Source: Macrostomum lignano (taxonomy: Eukaryota). From it: a stretch of 64,000 nt of DNA. Made by a program: the position numbers and the translations under genes. The notes under the pieces are model-generated. The model was given only the letters and a program-made list of their open reading frames with translations, was not told where the DNA came from and searched no databases. The stretch lies in contig NIVC01000634.1 in assembly GCA_002269645.1 (NCBI GenBank), positions 43,698 through 107,697 on the forward strand. The letters run 5' to 3'. Shown piece after piece: positions 17,151 to 39,819 of the stretch (its first letter is position 1; each line of letters starts with the position of its first letter).

Positions 17151-20100
17151 ATGTTCCGCTCAGCCAAGAGGACCCTCGCAACCGGCGCTGGCCGATCCGG
17201 CTCCTACCTGCGCGACATTCTCGCGCGACCTTCGGGCGGCGTCGAGGCCCCCAGCGACGACGGAGCCAATGACGCCCTCCAGCCGATGCTGCAGGCGTAC
17301 GATGAGAAGAACTTCACTGAGTTGGGACGCCTCCTAGGTGAGGGCGCGAACCCGCACTTGCCTCTCCGGGACAACCGGACGCTGGTGCAGCTGGCCGCCT
17401 TCGACGGCAACCTGCAGGCGCTGCGACTGTTCAAGGAGCAGGGCGTCGATTTGAACCGACGCGGACCGGACGGCAAAGTGCCGCTGCATCACGCGCTCAG
17501 TGCCAGGCGGCTGCTGACTGTCAAGAGGATGTGCCAGCTCGGCGCCAGTCCTGATGTGCCCTACTCGTCTGGCGCCTACCCGGTACACCGGTACAGCGGC
17601 CAGGCCAGCGTGGAGGTCATCCGATGCCTGCTCAGTAAGTTGTTGAGAAGACTACTTAAGGCTTTGAACCCCAACTAGTTCTTGATCGGGGAAGAAATTG
17701 CCTACATTTAGGCTCGTAAATCACATTATAAGAACAATCAGAATAATTGGCAGAAAATTTTAGGCCTTTAAAGCTCTGGCTGAATTAAAATCACTGTCAG
17801 AGATCACGGATGCAGAGTCACCATCATCAGCATAGGAAACGCTGCTGTGTGCGCTGCGTCCTTCTCCCACATTGGCAGCCTCTAAAACTGCCTACCTGCC
17901 AAAGGGTGCATCTACGAGCGTATTAATCTTGCGAATAGGACAGCAACATGTGCTGCAGCGGTGCGTTGATGAAAACTGCAATCCAGATGCCGCTGCACTC
18001 GCAACATTGAAGGAACAGTTGGCCCAGGTTTTTCAAATACAGATCTATAGTGGCTGCTGCTAAGAGAAACAGGGGTCTGCAGCAAGCAGATAAGGTCACA
18101 AAGAGGGAGGAGCCTTGAACGTCATTCCTAACCCTAACATTTCTGTAGCAGCAAGCCAGGGCTGAAAAGCTTGGTGGCAGCCGTTGAAGCCGCGAATGCT
18201 TTCATATAATGGGCAACCGAAATCGATTGGTCATATTTCAGCATGCAACGAAGCTCGAGTGTTGCCTTACTAGTGTAGAACAAATACTACTTCCAAGTCG
18301 CCAGTAGTAGCAAGAAATGCGTTTTGCAGTGAAATTTTGGCAGGTTCCTCTATTCTCTTGAAACTCATGCGCTCATTGAACTTTTTAAGTCTTCCAGGCT
18401 AAAGTATTGAATTCCAGCCAATGGCTTGGAAGCTGGTTTGGCTGGTTCCCATACGAATCCCATCATCTACTGCTTCCAGGGGACTGTAAAGCCAGACTGG
18501 ACGTGTACGACAGGCTCAACAACACTCCGCTGCACCGCGCCTGCCTCGAGGACTCGTTTCACCACGTGCTGGAGCTGATTGACTATTGCAGTGAGCAGAT
18601 TCTCAACCACCGCGGCTACGAGGGCAAGACCGCCTTGCACGTGGCTGTGCTTAACCAAAACCGGCGAATCATTCGCCTGCTGCTCACCCGCGGCTCCTTC
18701 GTCGACGTGCCCGCCAGCAACGGCAAGACGGCCATCGACCTGATAATGGGCGCTAATAATGTTGTGCTCATGAGCGACTTGGCTCATTTCTACACCGACC
18801 AGATGTCGGCGGCGGTGACCGCCACAAGCTTCAAGGAGTTGCTTGACGCGCCGCAATTCCTGCAGTACCTGGGCTTTCTGGACGCTGTGGACAACGAGTT
18901 CCAGGTGTGCAGCGTGCCGTACATTGACCTAGGCGAGGAGGAAGAGAAGCAGTTACTGAAGAAGGTAGTGAAGGATGAAAACATGGATCTCATCGAGTTT
19001 AAGGAGATTTTGATGAAGCTACTCCAGACCGAGGTGTTCCATGTGCTCTGCGACGAACAGAACGACTCCTTGCTGCGGAGAATGGCGGCCAACGTAGTCA
19101 GATACGTGCTGTTTCGTGAAGATGCAGTCATGTTAAAGAAGCTGGTTGCCTGCGGCCTTGTATGGAACCGTATCGAGGTCCTAATTGAGAACAAGCTCGA
19201 AGCGCTGTACCTGCATACCCCAGACCGCGGATTCGCTGGAATGCTGACTCACTTCTATCGGCACTTTGCCAGTGAACACAAAGTTCAGTGGGGACATCTG
19301 GCTAGGCACTACGGCCAGCGTTGCAGCGCCTTCGGAATGCAGGCCGACCGAGGCGGCCTGAACCAGGACGTTGCCTTCCTCCGCCACCCGATGCACACGC
19401 TGGTAATTTGGAGCATCCTGGCCGGCCGCAGCAAGCTCACGGAAATTCTACTACAGCGCGAGAGATTCGACGTTTTGCCGATGTCGCTATTTTGCGCGGC
19501 ACTGCTCCGCACCTTCAAGGACAACCCGAGCGTCAACGTGGACCCCGACAGCCTGGAAGAAAAGGCGCTGGCTTGTGAGAAGTTTGCCGTGAATATTGCA
19601 GAGACCGTGTTTGAGGTGGACACCTCCTATGATAAGTGCGTGACCACCGACTTCCTGCTGTACCCGCTACCCACCTACGGAAACGTTTCCTGTATGGACC
19701 TCGCCGCGAAGAACAGCTCTGCCCTGTTTCTGCAGAGCCCTCCATGCCAGATCGCTCTAGAGAAGAAATGGTACGGCACTCTGTATGATGCGAACGCCAT
19801 CATCCGCGAGATAATTATTTGGTTGGGCGTTATTCCCCTGAACCCAATCATACCGTGGTACCTGATGCGTCAGGAGCGAATCCTGAAGATTATGGACGAG
19901 CGGCACCGCAGCCCCACCAAAAAGAGCAGCTGCGATTCGGCTGAAAGTCAGGACTGCAGCTTCCTGCTGACCGACAGCCCCTCCGCGAAGGATGCCATTG
20001 TGGCAGAGACTGACCCAGACGAGTCGGTCGACGCCGACGGGGAAAATAGCAAAGGCGCCAATGAATCCGCCTCTAAAGAGGACAAGAAGAAGCAGGATAG

Positions 20101-22700
20101 TAGCGGCGAGCAGCAGCACCCAGCAGACGGTGTCAAAAAATCGCCTTCCACCGCGGGGGCCGGAGCGGTGGCGCGCCAGGAATGCTTCTTGTACCGATGG
20201 GCGCTGCATCTGTACGACTTTTACCATATCCCCGCAGTGAAGTTCCGCTACCACGCTACGTCGCACGTAATTATGGTGCTGCTCATGTCATACATCCTGC
20301 TCTACAACTGGGAGTACTCGATCGACATGATTGAGTGCATTATGTACTCCATCGTATTTGGCTACCTGATTGAGGAGATCGGAGAGTTCGTCAGCATCGT
20401 CCGGGAAGAAAACGTGAGAAACTTCTTCGCCAGCAAATGGAACATTATCGACATCGGCGCTGTGCTGTGCGCCATGATCAGCTTCAGCATCCGGCTCACT
20501 CGCCTCGACTACGTCATGGACACGAAGGAAGAGCACTTTTGGATGGACTTTGACGATACCGTCTGGTACATCGCGCGTGTCTTTTTAAGTAAGTTTATGG
20601 ATGACTTAGCTGGAGTTTCGACACCTATTCGTTGAGCTGAGCGCAGAACCTGGTTAAAGCAACGGGTTGATAGAAATAGGCGTGTACGGATCTGCCCAAA
20701 TCAGATGGACCCCTTATTTCAATCCGAATGCAAATGATAGGTCTAGGATGCGGTGATATATGGCGTAGGATCCAGGTTGTTAAAATCCAGGATGTCAGTC
20801 GTAAGATCCATGACGACAGGAGTAGAATCCAGGATTTCAAGAGTCAAATCCAGTATGTCAGGCATAAGATCCTAAGATCATAAGATAGGAGCTAAGTATG
20901 AAATGATAGAACAGGAATACGAGCTAAATCGGAATTCTGATGGCTACTCGTAGGTTAATCAGTCAGCACGTTTCAATTACAGGCGTCTCCTGCCTTCTCT
21001 ACTGGGTCCGGCTGCTGTACATCTCCACGGTGATGGAAACCCTCGGCCCAAAGCTGAAGATGATCGCCCGCATGACCAGCAAAGACATGATCCCGTTCCT
21101 ATTCATTCTTTTCATCTTCATATTCGGCTTCGGCGTTCTCATCCACGCGCTGTTGTTCCCGAACGGGTTCAAGGCCTACAACCCGGAGCAGATGAGCTCG
21201 ATTGATGTGGTGCTGGCCATGTTCAAAATCTGCTTCTACAGCATGGTCGGGGACTACAGCCTGGATACAATCATGGGTGACGACAGCTGCGATGCGATCT
21301 ACGAGAACAAGACGTTTAACTCGAACGGCTGCCCTCACAACACCGGCAGGTCAGAGCCGGATTAACATTCTACCGAATTATTACTGTGTTCGAATGAGTA
21401 GTTCTTTGGCATTCATTGGTGATTCAGTGCCCCAAGAGTTCATCAACCGGTTGGTGATCGGCATGCCAAACAGGGGCATATGGCGCCTTTTTACAGAATA
21501 GCTTTCGCACCCCTGGAGCCTGGAACTGGCTCTACTTCAAGAAATATCCTTGATACGCTCCTAATGCCACGACTAGTGATGACACAAGCATTCTCGTCAT
21601 TCTTTCACACGTTACTGAAGAAAGGCAGACACATGCAGAGTTGGCATAAGCTTGATACTCAGCAAAGGAAAGCTAAAATCAATGCCATCAATACCTGGGT
21701 TCATTCAGCCAGCGAGCCAAGCTATGAATTGAGGGGGGGCGTAGCCTGTGGTCCAGCGCGGCGCTCTTGTATGCCAGCGGCCCAGGCTCAATTTCAAGTG
21801 CAGTCACATTAATTCGGGGCTAAATTTGAATCTCCAGCAAAATTTGCGAGTCCTTCTGCTTCAACTGTCCATGCTTGATCTTCAATGAAAACCTTTCCCA
21901 GATATCTGGTGCCTTACTTCGTCCTGCCTCTCTACGTGATCGTTACGGAGATCCTCCTGCTCAACTTGATCATCGCGCTGTTCAGCAAGACGGTCGACGA
22001 GATTGACTCCAATTCCAAGGCCCTGTGGCAGTTCGAACGCAACGACCTCATCGAGGAGTTCCGCGGTCGGACCTCGCTGCCCCCTCCGTTGAACGTCATC
22101 CCGCTGGCCACCCGACTGCTGCTGCACGTCGTCAGGCGGCTCTGCCCGACAGCTCTGCTGCGCTTCCAGAGGGCTGCCCAGTTCAACCAGAAGCTGATCC
22201 TGCAGTTCCTGCTGTTTCAGGTTTGCCTTTGTCGGATCGACGGCTCCCTGAGCTCACTTTCTGAACTCACTCTACTCCCTTAACTCACTGCCCTGAACTC
22301 ACTCCTTAAAATCACTCTTGAAATCAGTCTCTGAAACTACTGGCCAGAACTAATCCCTTGAACTCCCTGAACTCTCCGACAGGCGGTGAGTCTGCGCAAC
22401 CAGCGCCAGCACATGATGGAGCAGTGCTGTGGCCTCGCCGACGACCAGAGTGAGCAGCTCTGCCAGCGCATCCAGGATATCGTCGAGACCGAGCTACTGA
22501 AGTCGAAGAAGTCCAATGAGCATCAGCCGTCCTCCTCGGCTAAGCCGTCATCGACGAAGCCGAGGACGGACGCGGAGGCGGGCGAGAAGGAGGGCACCAT
22601 CGACGCCATCTCGGCGTCAATCATGAACGCTGAGCCGCAGAAAAAGCGGCGCGATTCGCAGCTGTCCGCGGTGTCCCAGGAGCCCGAGCAGAAGGATTAG
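17151..22700 (+). CDS. TRPM/TRPS-like cation channel with an N-terminal ankyrin-repeat domain, ~1198 aa, 5 exons
   Basis: Exons 17151-17634, 18480-20588, 20983-21349, 21902-22220 and 22383-22700 are all GT-AG and phase-matched (3597 nt). About 6 ankyrin repeats (KVPLHHA, NTPLHRAC, KTALHVAV). MHR4-like segments LVIWSILAGR and YGNVSCMDLAA...LEKKWYG. Also FYHIPAVKF, KWNIID, LGPKLKMIARM, ILLLNLIIALF, TRP box WQFER and LPPPLNVI. Confidence 0.9.
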
Positions 22701-23195
22701 CGGAACTGAATCCGCCTGAGCTGACTGATTGCCGGCTTTGACCTTGAAGTTGGTCGATTTATAACTGTGAAACGCATCTAATACTACTGAACAGGCGCAC
22801 GTCAGCACGAAACGCTTTTCTAGGTTTGATAGCTGAAAATATTTATTTCATCAGCTTTGCTTTAGTCAATGCGCTCTGTTTAACATATCGCAATTTCTGC
22901 TGAGCTATTCAAACCCATCGAAGACTGTCTGTTGCTTAATTATTAGGTTTAATTATTATCGACTTTCAAGTAGTCTTCGCTTGCTAAGCTTTACTTTATT
23001 CTGCTTTAAATTTGGCTACTCACTGCAGTGCCCATTTAACCAGCCAAGCCATCAATATTGGATCAAACACTTGCTCCTTGCCTGGTCATCTCGAAAGTAG
23101 ATTCTAAGAAGTATCTACGAGCATAGTCATAACTGAGCATCGACGCCATCGCAAAAATCGAGGCTAAAATTTTGTTTATTATTTTCAGCTTCTTA

Positions 23196-25093
23196 TTACA
23201 TGCTTTGATAAATTGCATCGCAAAAATGGCATGTTACAAGTTCCGTAGTTACTGCTGCTTCTGTTTTTTTAAATAAAAGGTTGGTTATTGGATTATAGGT
23301 AATTTCTAGTTCTTGGGCAGCTGAGACCCATTGAATACCTATTGGACCCATTGACCCATTGGAGTACCTATTACCCACTCAATAGCTGGGGAGAACTCCA
23401 TGACTCACTGAATAGCTGAGGAGCACTCCATGACCCACTGAATAGCTGAGGAGCACTCCATGACGCACTGAATAGCTGAGGAGCACTCCATGACGCACTG
23501 AATAGCTGAGGAGCACTCCATGACCCACTGAATAGCTGAGGAGCACTCCATGACCCACTGAATAGCTGAGGAGCACTCCATGACGCACTGAATAGCTGAG
23601 GAGCACTCCATGACCCACTGAATAGCTGAGGAGCACTCCATGACGCACTGAATAGCTGAGGAGCACTCCATGACCCACTGAATAGCTGAGGAGTACTCCA
23701 TGACGCACTGAATAGCTGAGGAGCACTCCATGACCCACTGAATAGCTGAGGAGCACTCCATGACGCACTGAATAGCTGAGGAGCACTCCATGACGCACTG
23801 AATAGCTGGGGAGCACTCCATGACGCACTGAATAGCTGGGGAGCACTCCATGACGCACTGAATAGCTGGGGAGCACTCCATGACCTAGCTGGGGAGCACT
23901 CCATGACCCACTGAATAACTGGGGAGCACTCCAAGACCCACTGAATAGCTGAGGAGCACTCCATGACCTAGCTGGGGAGCACTCTATGACCCACTGAATA
24001 AGCTGGGGAGCACTCCAAGACCAACTGAATAGCTGAGGAGCACTCCATGACCTAGCTGGGGAGCACTCCATGACCCACTGAATATGCTGGGGAGCACTCC
24101 AAGACCCACTGAATAGCTGAGGAGCAGCACCCCACGACCCACTGGATTCCTAAGGAGCCGTGACCTGCATAAGGAAGAGTCAATGCAGCGCACTGGCGGT
24201 TATTCCAGTTCAACTCATCGAAAACCCAGCAGCTGCTCGGCCAATGGCTGCTCACCGGCCTCTGCCGCCTCCTTCTGCTCCTGGATCGCTTGATAGTCCG
24301 CCGGCCTGTCCGTGTAGAAGGCCACCTCGTTGATGCCGATGCACTTGTACCAGCTGTCGCTCCTCCACTTGATCACCTGCCGGTTGTGCAGCCCACTATT
24401 CTTCCTCTGGAACGACTGAACAGAAGGCAGAAACATTGGGGATCTGAGTGAGTTTTGAGTTACTTGTAAGGGATATAGATTGAAACCAAAACTGACAAAA
24501 GCACAGGATGGGAAAACTTATTAGCTTAGATGTGACTGACACAAAAACAGATAGGACTGACACAAACAGATTGGACTGACACAAACACAGATCGGACTGA
24601 CACAAACACAGATCGAACTGACACAAACACTAATGTTACTGGGAGCCAGCCGCAACCTCACCTTGATGCACTCGCTAATGAACAAGGAGCAATTATTCCT
24701 GAAATTGTAGGTATCTAACTCGCCACCAAACTCCAGCATCTCGTCGGCCAGGCTCTTCATCACTAACAGCTTAGCAACGGAGGTTCTCTTGGTGCTGGTC
24801 GGCAGAGAGCTCGGGTAGCTCCCGTTGTCGATGGGGTAGATGCCAAAAAGGATCCTGAAGCTGCCGTTCAGGGCGAACCTGTGGGTGAAGTTGTGCGCCA
24901 GGTAGTGGAACTGGCTCACCCCGCTCTTCAGGGCGGGCTCGCCCAGCTGCACGAACAGCACCACCTTGTACAGCGTCCGGCTGATCTCGTGACCTTGAAT
25001 GAACTGGTCGAAGTTCTTGCTGTTCAGCATCACCACCGAGGACCAGATTTTGAACGTCAGCTCGCTTGGGGCTACTCGCGACTCCAACTGCAT
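23196..25093 (-). CDS. Hypothetical protein, possibly a redox-inactive thioredoxin fold (ERp29/PDI-like), ~238 aa, 2-3 exons
   Basis: Exon 25093-24662 (AAG|GTGAGG) joins exon 24415-24256 (TTCAG|) in phase 0. A phase-1 donor GCCG|GTGAG at 24256 matches an acceptor at 23321, giving a third exon 23320-23196; without it the ORF ends at 24215. VVMLNSKNFDQFI..YKVVLF resembles a PDI/thioredoxin domain start; no CxxC. Confidence 0.45.
23385..24125. repeat. Minisatellite, 30-bp unit (CTCCATGACCCACTGAATAGCTGAGGAGCA)
   Basis: About 24 visible copies inside the putative last intron of the thioredoxin-like gene. Confidence 0.95.
24535..24630. repeat. Short ~21-bp tandem repeat (TGACACAAACACAGATCGGAC) in an intron
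   Basis: 4-5 degenerate copies. Confidence 0.7.
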
Positions 25094-27120
25094 TGTCGGA
25101 CTGTGCGGATGGCTGCAGCAAATGTCCTTTCCACCAGATGATGTTCAGCCACCAGATCTGCCGCTGAGCTCATCAGTTCTTTTGATTATTTGTCTATGGC
25201 CATTGAGTCCGTCAGTCAGAACAAGGTTAAAAATTTAATCAACTTCCGCGCTAAGAATTCCCAGTCGCTGGGAGCTTTGGGCTGCTTCTGCCCAAAAGAA
25301 GACCCGCCGTCAGCGAGGAGGCCCAGCATTCGTGCTCATTCCTCTGTTTAGAATAATTGGTGGTAACTGCTGTATTTTCTGCTTCCGTCCGTGCGGACCG
25401 CAGACGGGATGATCAGGGGTTCGGGTACTGGACTGCCCAGAGCTTGCCGGGTGGGATAGGCGAGAGAGTGGCGACCCCCGAGGCGTACGGACACTTCGAG
25501 GTGGAAGTGGAGAGTCTGGGAGCGTACAGACACTCGGCCAGCCCCACGGAGAGAGGGAGATGCAGATGATGAGGCTGTGAGCAGGTAGCCACTTAGCAGC
25601 AGCAGAGGTGAGCACGGGTACAGACACTTCGCAGACCCGAAGGAAGACGGTGGCAAGAGAAGTGGACAATGGAGACGGGACAAATTAACAAAAACGAACA
25701 CTGTCTTACCGGGAGGGGTCACTTGTCGCGTTCATGCAGGCGTGGCCTCTAATATTTTATTCTGCTCAAGCAAAAAGTTCGTAGTGGTAGAGGGAGAGCA
25801 GGGAGGCGAGAGCCGGGCGAGGGCCGCGCGCGCACATAAATGCTGGGTGAGCACTGAGTAGGGGACTGGGTGGGCTTAGCCACGCAGGGCTGGGGGTGGG
25901 GGCAAAACTCATAGAGTTGAAGGGCGAGAAAGAAGAAAGGGAAGTCTAGCCAATCAGGTGCCTCCACGGCGAGACACATGATTGGGCTAGCCCACGCGAG
26001 AGAGATGAAAAGACGCCAGCCAATGAAAATGTGGGTAAATGAAATTGGGAAAAACAAAATGAATGGCAGCTTTAGACGGAGGGGGCAAGCCAGAAAAAAC
26101 CAGTGGCAGGGAGAGGAGGAGGGGCGGAGAGCGCAGGGGTCGGGGCAAGGGCATTGTGAGGCGCAGCTCACAGCACTTAACTCTGCACTGCTTCAGTTCA
26201 CCCAGCTGTAAAATGGGTGCCAGCATTATCTGGGGTAATTGAGGCTGTGTGTGGCGACCCCCCGTTCTTGGACTTAACAGCCATGCGCAGCCTTCAGATG
26301 CGCCGCGCAATAGCTGCGGCTGAGCTGTCGGTTGCACATCTGTCCGCACATAAAAAACTTGTTTGTTATTATTATTATTGTTATTACTATTATAAACCCA
26401 TGGCCATATGGAATTTTCATAAATTAATCGAAAAGGGATGCTGTTCGAATTCCTGTTGTGTTAAATAATGAAGAACATCTGGGATTAACATCTGGAAGGC
26501 TCTTGTCCTTGAGAGGAGACTGCCTGACACTCAGTGCAAGGGCAGGGAGCGATTGCCTTCGCTGAACTACTGAATCCCTTCGCCCACGCTGTTTCGGGAC
26601 AGGGGGTGAGTGTTTTTAGGGTGAGGGGTCAAACCGACGGGCTCAATGTACATTCAACAAGCTAAGTACATTTCTCTGCGAAGGAGAGAGCCGCGCGGGC
26701 CGCAGCCTACACTGGGGCTGGGGTTATCGCTCGCCCGACAGGAAGGGGGGAGGGGAGAGGGGCCACAACGTACACTGAGGCTGTGGTTATCGGAAGACGG
26801 AGGGGAGGGGGCTGCAGCGGGAGGAAGACTGTAAGCGGCTGGGACAGGAGAGAGCTGAAAGGAGGGAAGGCGAGGAGCGGAGAGAGGCGAGAAGGCAGAA
26901 CGGGGCTTCCCGGCCTCTCCCAGGCATCAGTGCAGTTGAGCATCCAGTGTCGGAGCCGGCACAGGGGGGTTGGGGATGAGAAATGATTGAGGAGGGATTT
27001 GCGACCGACAACCCAGCTCAAGTCGGTCCTTAGCCAGTTCTGCCTCCCACCGAAGGCTTGGGAACGCAGAGAATTTTTGTTTTGCAAAAGCTATCGAGAC
27101 AGGCCTTGCAGAGAGAAGGC

Positions 27121-37005
<9,885 letters not shown>

Positions 37006-37474
37006 TCGGCTGTCTAAAGGAGACTGCCATCACTACTATTAGTAGCAGAAATGAATAGTAAAATTCTCAAATTTAAAAATGACAGCAGTTTGAAAAATTC
37101 CCGGAAATCTGGACCGATTCGACAGCTGAAAGGGCCGCAAATCTCTGTTTGCATCGTTATAAACTAAAACTTCATGTTCTGACTAAATTAGAAATTAGAG
37201 ATTTATTCTGTTGTGTAAAACTGCCATTATGTCCAAATGTTATTAAGTTCAGTTCATCATAAAGACAAATTTGAAAATCTGCAACATTAGCAGAGAAATT
37301 TTAACAAATATATCGATTAATAATTATTTTTTGTCTGTGTCATCATCATTGAGCAGAACTCGAGTGTATTGCTTTCTTGCCTATGAGCTCCGCCACGTGA
37401 CTCCATTTTCTCTTGTATTTTCACTGGCAAGAGTTTCATTTCTGACTTGAGTCACGGTTTCCTCTTTACTAAAC

Positions 37475-39110
37475 CTCTACTCTCTCAGTCTACTCTCTCA
37501 ATATCTACTCTCTCAATAAATCTCTACTCTCTCAATAAATCTCTACTCTCTCAATCTCTATTCTCTCAACATCTACTCTCTCAATATCTACTCTCTCAAT
37601 AAATCTCTACTCTCTCAATCTCTATTCTCTCAATCTCTACTCTCTCAATATCTACTCTCTCAATAAATCTCTACTCTCTCAATCTCTATTCTCTCAATCT
37701 CTACTCTCTCAATATCTACTCTCTCAATCTCTACTCTCTTAATCTTTACTCTCAATACATCTCTATTCTCTCAATAAATCTCTACTCTCTCAATCTCTAC
37801 TCTCTCAATCTCTACTCTCTCAATCTCTACTCTCTCAATCTCTACTCTCTCAATCTCTACTCTCTCAATATCTACTCTCTCAATCTCTACTCTCTCAATC
37901 TCTACTCTCTCAATCTCTACTCTCTCAATATCTACTCTCTCAATCTCTACTCTCTCAATCTCTACTCTCTCAATCTCTACTCTCTCAATCTCTACTCTCT
38001 CAATCTCTACTCTCTCAATCTCTACTCTCTCAATCTCTATTCTCTCAATCTCTACTCTCTCAATATCTACTCTCTCAATATCTACTCTCTCAATCTCTAC
38101 TCTCTCAATCTCTACTCTCTCAATATCTACTCTCTCAATAAATCTCTACTCTCTCAATCTCTATTCTCTCAATATCTACTCTCTCAATATCTACTCTCTC
38201 AATATCTACTCTCTCAATAAATCTCTACTCTCTCAATCTCTACTCTCTCAATATCTACTCTCTTAATATCTACTCTCTCAATCTCTACTCTCTTAATCTT
38301 TACTCTCAATACATCTCTATTCTCTCAATAAATCTCTACTCTCTCAATCTCTACTCTCTCAATCTCTACTCTCTCAATCTCTACTCTCTCAATCTCTACT
38401 CTCTCAATCTCTACTCTCTCAATCTCTACTCTCTCAATATCTACTCTCTCAATCTCTACTCTCTCAATCTCTACTCTCTCAATCTCTACTCTCTCAATAT
38501 CTACTCTCTCAATCTCTACTCTCTCAATCTCCACTCTCTCAATCTCTACTCTCTCAATATCTACTCTCTCAATATCTACTCTCTCAATAAATCTCTACTC
38601 TCTCAATCTCTACTCTCTCAATATCTACTCTCTTAATCTCTACTCTCTTAATCTTTACTCTCAATACATCTCTATTCTCTCAATAAATCTCTACTCTCTC
38701 AATCTCTACTCTCTCAATCTCTACTCTCTTAATCTTTACTCTCAATACATCTCTATTCTCTCAATAAATCTCTACTCTCTCAATCTCTACTCTCTCAATC
38801 TCTACTCTCTCAATCTCTACTCTCTCAATCTCTACTCTCTCAATCTCTACTCTCTCAATATCTACTCTCTCAATCTCTACTCTCTCAATCTCTATTCTCT
38901 CAATCTCTACTCTCTCAATATCTACTCTCTCAATATCTACTCTCTCAATAAATCTCTACTCTCTCAATCTCTACTCTCTCAATCTCTACTCTCTCAATCT
39001 CTACTCTCTTAATCTTTACCCTCAATACATCTCTATTCTCTCAATAAATCTCTACTCTCTCAATCCCCACTCTCTCAGTCTACTCTCTCAGTCTGCTTCT
39101 CTCAGTCTTT
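37475..39110. repeat. Minisatellite, 15-bp unit (CTCTACTCTCTCAAT), intergenic
   Basis: About 1.6 kb of visible tandem copies with recurring variant blocks. Confidence 0.96.
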
Positions 39111-39819
39111 GCTCTCTATCTCAACTCTGTGAGGCCAGATGCTTGTCATGACATGCACAGAGTAAAAAGCTCGCACAGAAGCGAGCTCGCATCCCCAGCT
39201 GCAGGCGCAGTCGAAATCTGTGGAACAAAGCTGCATGCTCAGAGCAGCTGTTGACATGCAAACAGCGTCACTCTCAGGCCCGCATCCGGCGACAAAAGCT
39301 GCTCAGAAAAGCGGCTCAAAGCAGAGCAGCAAAGCGAATGCAAAACAGCAATGGAAATTTTGCCTGCAAGATGCATTGATGTGCCGGCAGTTTGGTGTAT
39401 TCGGATAATTGCCTCCCATTCTGAGTATGCAGAACAAAGAGCGCGTGCTCAGTCAGGCGAGGCATCCCTTTGTCACGCATTTTTCGAGTCGATTGCAGCT
39501 GAAGCATATTGCTCACTGAACACAGCCGGATTTTACCTTGCCGTCTGGCTCTGCAGCCGCTCTAATTTTAGCCATTTTGCTGACGAGTTTTAAAAAATCC
39601 GAGCTTTACATTCAGCTTGCATTTTCACTGCATGTTGCTGCTGATTTTTTAGCCTAACATTTTATTTTAATTTCAAAGTCATCTGTTCCGATCTGAAAAC
39701 TGTTGATTAAAATTATTTGTTATTTTAAGTAGAATCAGATTTGTGCGAGTCTGCTTTTTGAGTTATAATTAGAGTCATGATTCGGTAAGTCATGACTCAG
39801 ATAGGGTCATAATTTAAAG

